A DNA stretch of 53,933 bases. It comes from Prorocentrum cordatum. Its lineage: Eukaryota. Where the stretch lies: NCBI GenBank assembly GCA_963575745.1, contig CAUYUJ010000280.1, positions 62,001 to 115,933 on the forward strand. The letters run 5' to 3'. The first letter of the stretch is position 1, and each line of letters opens with the position of its first letter. Made by a program: the position numbers and the translations under genes. Of this stretch, positions 48,760 to 53,933 are shown in pieces. The notes beneath the pieces were generated by a model that saw only the letters and a program-made list of their open reading frames with translations, ran no database searches and was not told the DNA's origin.

Positions 48760-49678
48760 CGGCGGCATGGGCGGCTTTCTGGCGCCAGGCGGAACCGGCT
48801 GCACTCGCACTCGCGAGCGCGCAGAAGCTGACGTCCCCAAAGTCGCCTGTGGCTTGCTGGAGGACGGGGACGTCCCGGAGGCGGTGGAGCTCGTGAGGTC
48901 GTTCGTCCCCAGCTTGCCCCCTGGCGAGGTGGAGTCCTCGGCCGAGCACCTCGTTGCTATCAGGGCCGCAGCTGTGAAGCGTAGTGCGGTCCCAATGCGG
49001 CGCATGGCGTCGTTTGGGGACACCGAGGCCAACAGTGCCATGGGCGTCAAGCGGGCGAGGCTCCAGCAGGTCAAGGCCGTGAAGTTGCCATCGTCGACTG
49101 CGTTGGCGGCGACGCCTCCAGCGGGTTCGAGCGAGGCCACGCGTGGCGTGGCCCTCCCCAGCTCCGGCGAGCACCCATGCGACACTGGACCCACGAGGCC
49201 GGGAGGCAACTGTGCAGGAGGAGCGGGAGAAGCACGTGTCCTTGCCTGTCGAGTTCGCCTCGGGGGCGGGCCTGCCGACGAGACGGTTGCCCAAAGGTCC
49301 AGTCGCCCCACTCACTCTGCTCCGCACTGTCGCCCAGGGCCGCCGGGCGACAACGTCGGAGAAGAGAATAAACATCGCGACCTCCTCAAGGGGAGGTCGC
49401 TCTGGATGGCTCGGAAGGGGTACGCCTTCCCACGGAATGTGGGAGACATCTCGGAGCACCTGCAGCCTGCAGGTGCGCTCGGAGGAGCCGTGCGGGCGCA
49501 CGCTTCTCACAGCCGCGGTGGAGGCCATCGGGTTTCTTGACAAAGGCGGCGTCCGTCCTCGGGAGATGCTCGCATCGGACCCCACGGTCAAGAGCTTCGT
49601 CCTCGAGGCGATGGCGCAGGGAGAGATGCCTTCGTCAGGGGTTCGTCGCAAAGCGCCTCGTCCACTTGTGATCGTCAT

Positions 49679-49709
<31 letters not shown>

Positions 49710-50874
49710 ATCAGCATCAGCATCAGCATCATCATCATCATCAGCATCAGCATCAGCATCATCAGCATCAGCAGCAGCATCATCATCAGCACCATCATCA
49801 TCAGCATCATCATCATCAGTATCATCATCGCCCTCGAGCGCTTGGTCATCGACCAGGCCGTCGAGGTGCACAATTGCATGCTGGCCTTCTGGAAACTGTA
49901 CAAGGTCTGGGGGGCTCCTACGTTTTGATGACCACAGGGGATTGGATTTCTGGTCAGAGCTCGTTCATTGAGCGAGGTCTTTTCGCGACGCTCGTGGACA
50001 AGTCCAACGAAGTCCTCCCGTTCACGATTTCTACGGTGGCCTTGCTGGGGATGCCCATGTGGTTGTCGGTGGGCGCGGGCTTGTGGTTGCTTCCTCGCTG
50101 CCCCGCTCCTGGACTGCACGGGGGTTGTGAACAAGGAGGTGAAGTACCGCGAGTGCGCCGCCTTGTCAGGAGCATTTCTGGCGACTTTGGCGGTGGCTGG
50201 GGCGCCCCCCCCCCCGCAGAAGGTTCTCGACGAGGAGTCCGTGGGGCAGCGCTCTGAGAGATCGTCGATGCCTAGTGCTGCGACGCTTTTGGGTTTCTGA
50301 AAGGAGTGGGTGGACGTCTTGGGCCGCTGGCAGGGCGACGACTCCGAGTCCTACATTTTGGGCCCACGCGCAGGGCCGAAACCATCCAGCACGGCAAGGC
50401 GGACGCGCTCGACGAGGAGGTCACTCTTGCGGCCTTGGGCCAGAATGTCCGCGACAGCGGCATGGGCGAGCAGGCGGCGATGGCACCCTGGGCCCGCCCA
50501 CCAAGGACGCGGGCATCTTGGGCGGGGCCGCGCCGGCAGCGAGCGACTCGCGCCCGCGGCGGGTCTTCCTGGAGATACCTCTTCGCCGTTGCTGCCGACC
50601 CTGCCCCCGCCCATGAAGCACCGAGATGCTGAGTTCACGGCTGCGCCGCGCCCCTCGTCGGCGAGAGGGCGGGCCTGCGCCCGCAACCTGCCCGGGGGCG
50701 CCCAGGGCTACTTCGCGTCGATCGGGCGCAGTGCTGCACCGCGCGGGCGCGCGCGCCAGGGCCCTGGGCTCGGATTGGAAGAATTTCGAGGAGATGGGCC
50801 TCCCGCGCCCCGACGCTTCGAAGAACCGCGATTTCTGCCGCTCCTGCTGGAAGGAGGCGCGCGCGCCCCGCTGA
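48760..50874 (+). pseudogene. Decayed tyrosine recombinase of a DIRS-like/YR element
   Basis: Across frameshifts: GRRATT, HL..RSEEPCGRT, RRKAPRPLV..IALERLV, WKLYKVWGA/RFDDHRG (49921), [H>R]SERSSMPS (about 50250), stop at 50298, LGRW (50322), ESY (50352), C-terminal LHRAG...CRSCWK. This fits the R..HxxR..W..Y catalytic order. Confidence 0.75.
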
Positions 50875-51074
50875 GGGCGAGGGCGAGGCGCAGGCGTCGT
50901 CGGCAGCTAGCTCTCGTCGGACGGGGGCGCCCTTGCCGAGGCTTCATTTGAAGAGGCCTCCGGCCTCTCCGCCAAGGCCCCCGGCGCATTGCGGCGCTCA
51001 GATGGCTTTTGTTGACGGGGGCGCGCGGGGCCCGGCGCCCCGGCGTTTTTCGCTGAAAAAATAGCGGGGCGCGC

Positions 51075-52470
51075 GATGTCGCGGGTCGGGCGGCTTGCGG
51101 GCGCGAGTCGTGCGTGGCGGAGGCTTTGGGGCGCTTCGGCGCGTCTGGGCGCGGCGCCGCGGACGCGGGGCGCGCGGCTCGCGGGCGCGGCGCGCGTCGA
51201 CGCGCCGAGACGCGGCCCCGCGGGCGCGAGGCGCGCGCGGCTGGCGGGCGAGCGTCGCGCGTGCTGGGCGTTTTGAGGCGTCTGTCAGCGCCCTGCGGAC
51301 GCGGGGGACAGGCGCGTCTGGGCGCGGCCCCCGCGGGCGCGGGGCGCGCGGCTTGCGGGCGGGCGCTTCGTGGCGCGCCGCCCCCCCCCCCCCCCCCCCC
51401 CCCCCCGCAAGCGCGGGGGGCGAGCGGTTCGACGCGCCCGGGCGCGGCCCCGCGGACGCGGGGCGCGCGGCGCGCGCGCGAGAGTCGCGCATGATAGGTG
51501 CTTTTGAGGCTTCTGCCAGCGCCCCCTGCGGATTCGGGAAACGAACGCTCCGACGCGTCTGGCCGCGGCCCCGCGGGCGCGGGGCGCGCGGCTTGCAGGC
51601 GCGAGTCGCGCGCGGCGGGCGCTGCGAGGCGCGCGCCAGCGCTCTCTGCGGACGCGGGGAAAAAGCATACTGTTGCGTCTGGGCGCGGCGCCGCGGGCGC
51701 GGGTCGCGCGGCTCGCAGGCGCGAGTCGCGCGCGGCGGGCGCCCGGGGGCGCGCGCCCGCGCTCCTCGCGGACGCAGGGAACGAGCGATTCGACGCGCCC
51801 GCCCTGCGGGCGCAGGGCGCGCAGATCGCGCGCGCGAGTCGCGCGTGGCGGGCGGGTGCGCGGAGGCGCTTGCCAGCGCCCCCCGGCCGCGCGGGGGCGA
51901 GCGCGCGTCCGGGGGGCGCGGGGCGCGCAGCTTGCGGGCGCGAGTCGCGCATGTCGGCCCCTTGGGGGCGCCTGCCAGCGCCCCCCGCGGACGCGGAGGG
52001 CCGGCGCGTCGATGCGTCTGGGCGCGGCCCGGAGGGCGCGGGTCGCGTGGTCGCGGGCGCGAGTCGCGCGTGGCGGACGTTCTCAGGTCGCTGCCGACGC
52101 CCCCTGCGGACGCGGGGACAAGTGATTTGATGCGTCTGGGCGCGGCCCCGTGGGCGCGGGGCGCGCGGCTTGCAGGCGCGGGCCGCGCGTGGCGGGCGCG
52201 TTCAGGTGTCTGTGGGCGCCCCCCGCGCACGCGGGGGAAAGGCGCTTTGATGCGTCTGGGCGCGGCTCCGCCGAGGCGGGGGCGCGCGGCCAGCGAGCGC
52301 GAGTCGCGCGCGGCGATGGGCGCTTGGAGGCGCCTGCCCGCGCCCCTTCGGGCGCGGCGAACAAGCGTTTTACCGCGTTTAGGACGGGAGGGGGGCGCGC
52401 GGTCCGCGCGGCTAGCGGGCGCGGGCGGGCTGTGCGCGGCGGGCGCGCGCATGCGCCTGCCAGCGCTCCC
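51075..52470. repeat. Very GC-rich about 120-bp tandem repeat
   Basis: GCGTCTGGGCGCGGC..GCGAGTCGCGC recurs at about 51141, 51314, 51555, 51676, 52015, 52132 and 52252. Confidence 0.8.
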
Positions 52471-53451
52471 CGCGGCTTGCTTGGGGCACTGCCCGCCCAC
52501 ATTCGGGGAAGTTCTCGGCGGGGCGCGGCCGCCCCCGGGGCGCTCGGGGCGCCCGCGGGGGGGGGGGCGCGATGCGTCCGCCCGCGGGCGCGCTTCGAAC
52601 GGGAACCAGCGCGCGCGCCCTCCTGAAAATGCGCTCGGGGCTTTGGCCCCCCCGCTTCTTAATCTGGAGCCCTCTTGACTCTCTTCGAGCTATCTGGGAA
52701 TGATATTGGGGGGGGCGCGCGCCGCCGAGGCGCCGGCGGGGGGCCTGGAGGGCGTCTGCAGAGCGCGGAGGTCGCGATCGCGAAGGGCTCGGGCCAGGCG
52801 GCGGCAGCGTTCCCAGCCCGAGCGGACTGCAAGCACCTGCTGCGGAGGCTCGTGGCTGGCGCCGACGCCCCGCTTTTTTGACGGGGCGCGCGTTCTGTCT
52901 GTGAGGCGCCACGTCAGGGGCGTCCTGGAGACCCATGCCAAGGAACGCCCCGGTTGCCTTCAGGGTGCCCTGGGCTTCTTGGATTCCCCTTGGTTTTCCC
53001 GTGGACAGCGCGACGATCCCACGCCAAAAAACGATGGACGGGGTCTCAGGGTTGGGTTTCTTGTGGATGGTTTCTTGTGGACTGGCCTCCACTGTATCCT
53101 GGGTGACGCGGGTTTCTGTGCGGAGAGGTCTGCTCAGGATCGCGATCAGCCCATCGACGTGCGACGGCTTCATGGTTTGATGCGGGCCGCTGGTGGCCCG
53201 GATGCCGACGTCGCGGGCGCGTCCGCCAGGGGGGGGGCCGATAGGCGTCGGGCACCCCTTGCCGCGAACGCCCGAGGTCTTCGAGCCGAAGACGCGATGG
53301 CCCTCGCGCCGCACTGGGCCGAGGGCGCGCGCGAGGTCGACGCCTTCTCCGCCTCGCCCATGGAGCGAAGCAACCGCCAGTCGGTCCGAGAAAACGTCGC
53401 GGAGCTCATGGAGTGCTGGGGCGAGGCCGCCCAGAAAACGTCTGGACATCC

Positions 53452-53933
<482 letters not shown>

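Noticed and set aside
50708..52678. 400-530-aa Arg/Ala/Gly-rich ORFs
   Set aside because: Stop-poor GC-rich tandem repeat

Overview
GC-rich eukaryotic genomic DNA dominated by microsatellites, satellites and nested non-autonomous DNA transposons, with one 100-N assembly gap (22025-22124). Two relic dinoflagellate spliced-leader motifs (8922-8943, 10032-10053) and GC/GA splice donors point to a dinoflagellate; a Prorocentrum-like host is inference only. Most ORFs in the six-frame track are repeat artefacts. The one well-supported gene is a plus-strand, multi-exon SAMTOR/BMT2-like class I SAM-binding/methyltransferase gene (core exons 20313-35069, possible upstream exons from 15918). Several of its introns look like insertions: a hAT-like MITE with a perfect 8-bp TSD, two hairpin introns, a (CTC)n-filled intron with a 9-bp boundary repeat, and a 12.9-kb intron with a 13-bp boundary repeat. 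Also present are a decayed DIRS-type tyrosine recombinase (about 48760-50874), LINE endonuclease/RT remnants, and several MITE families with different TSD lengths. All calls were made by eye, without database searches.
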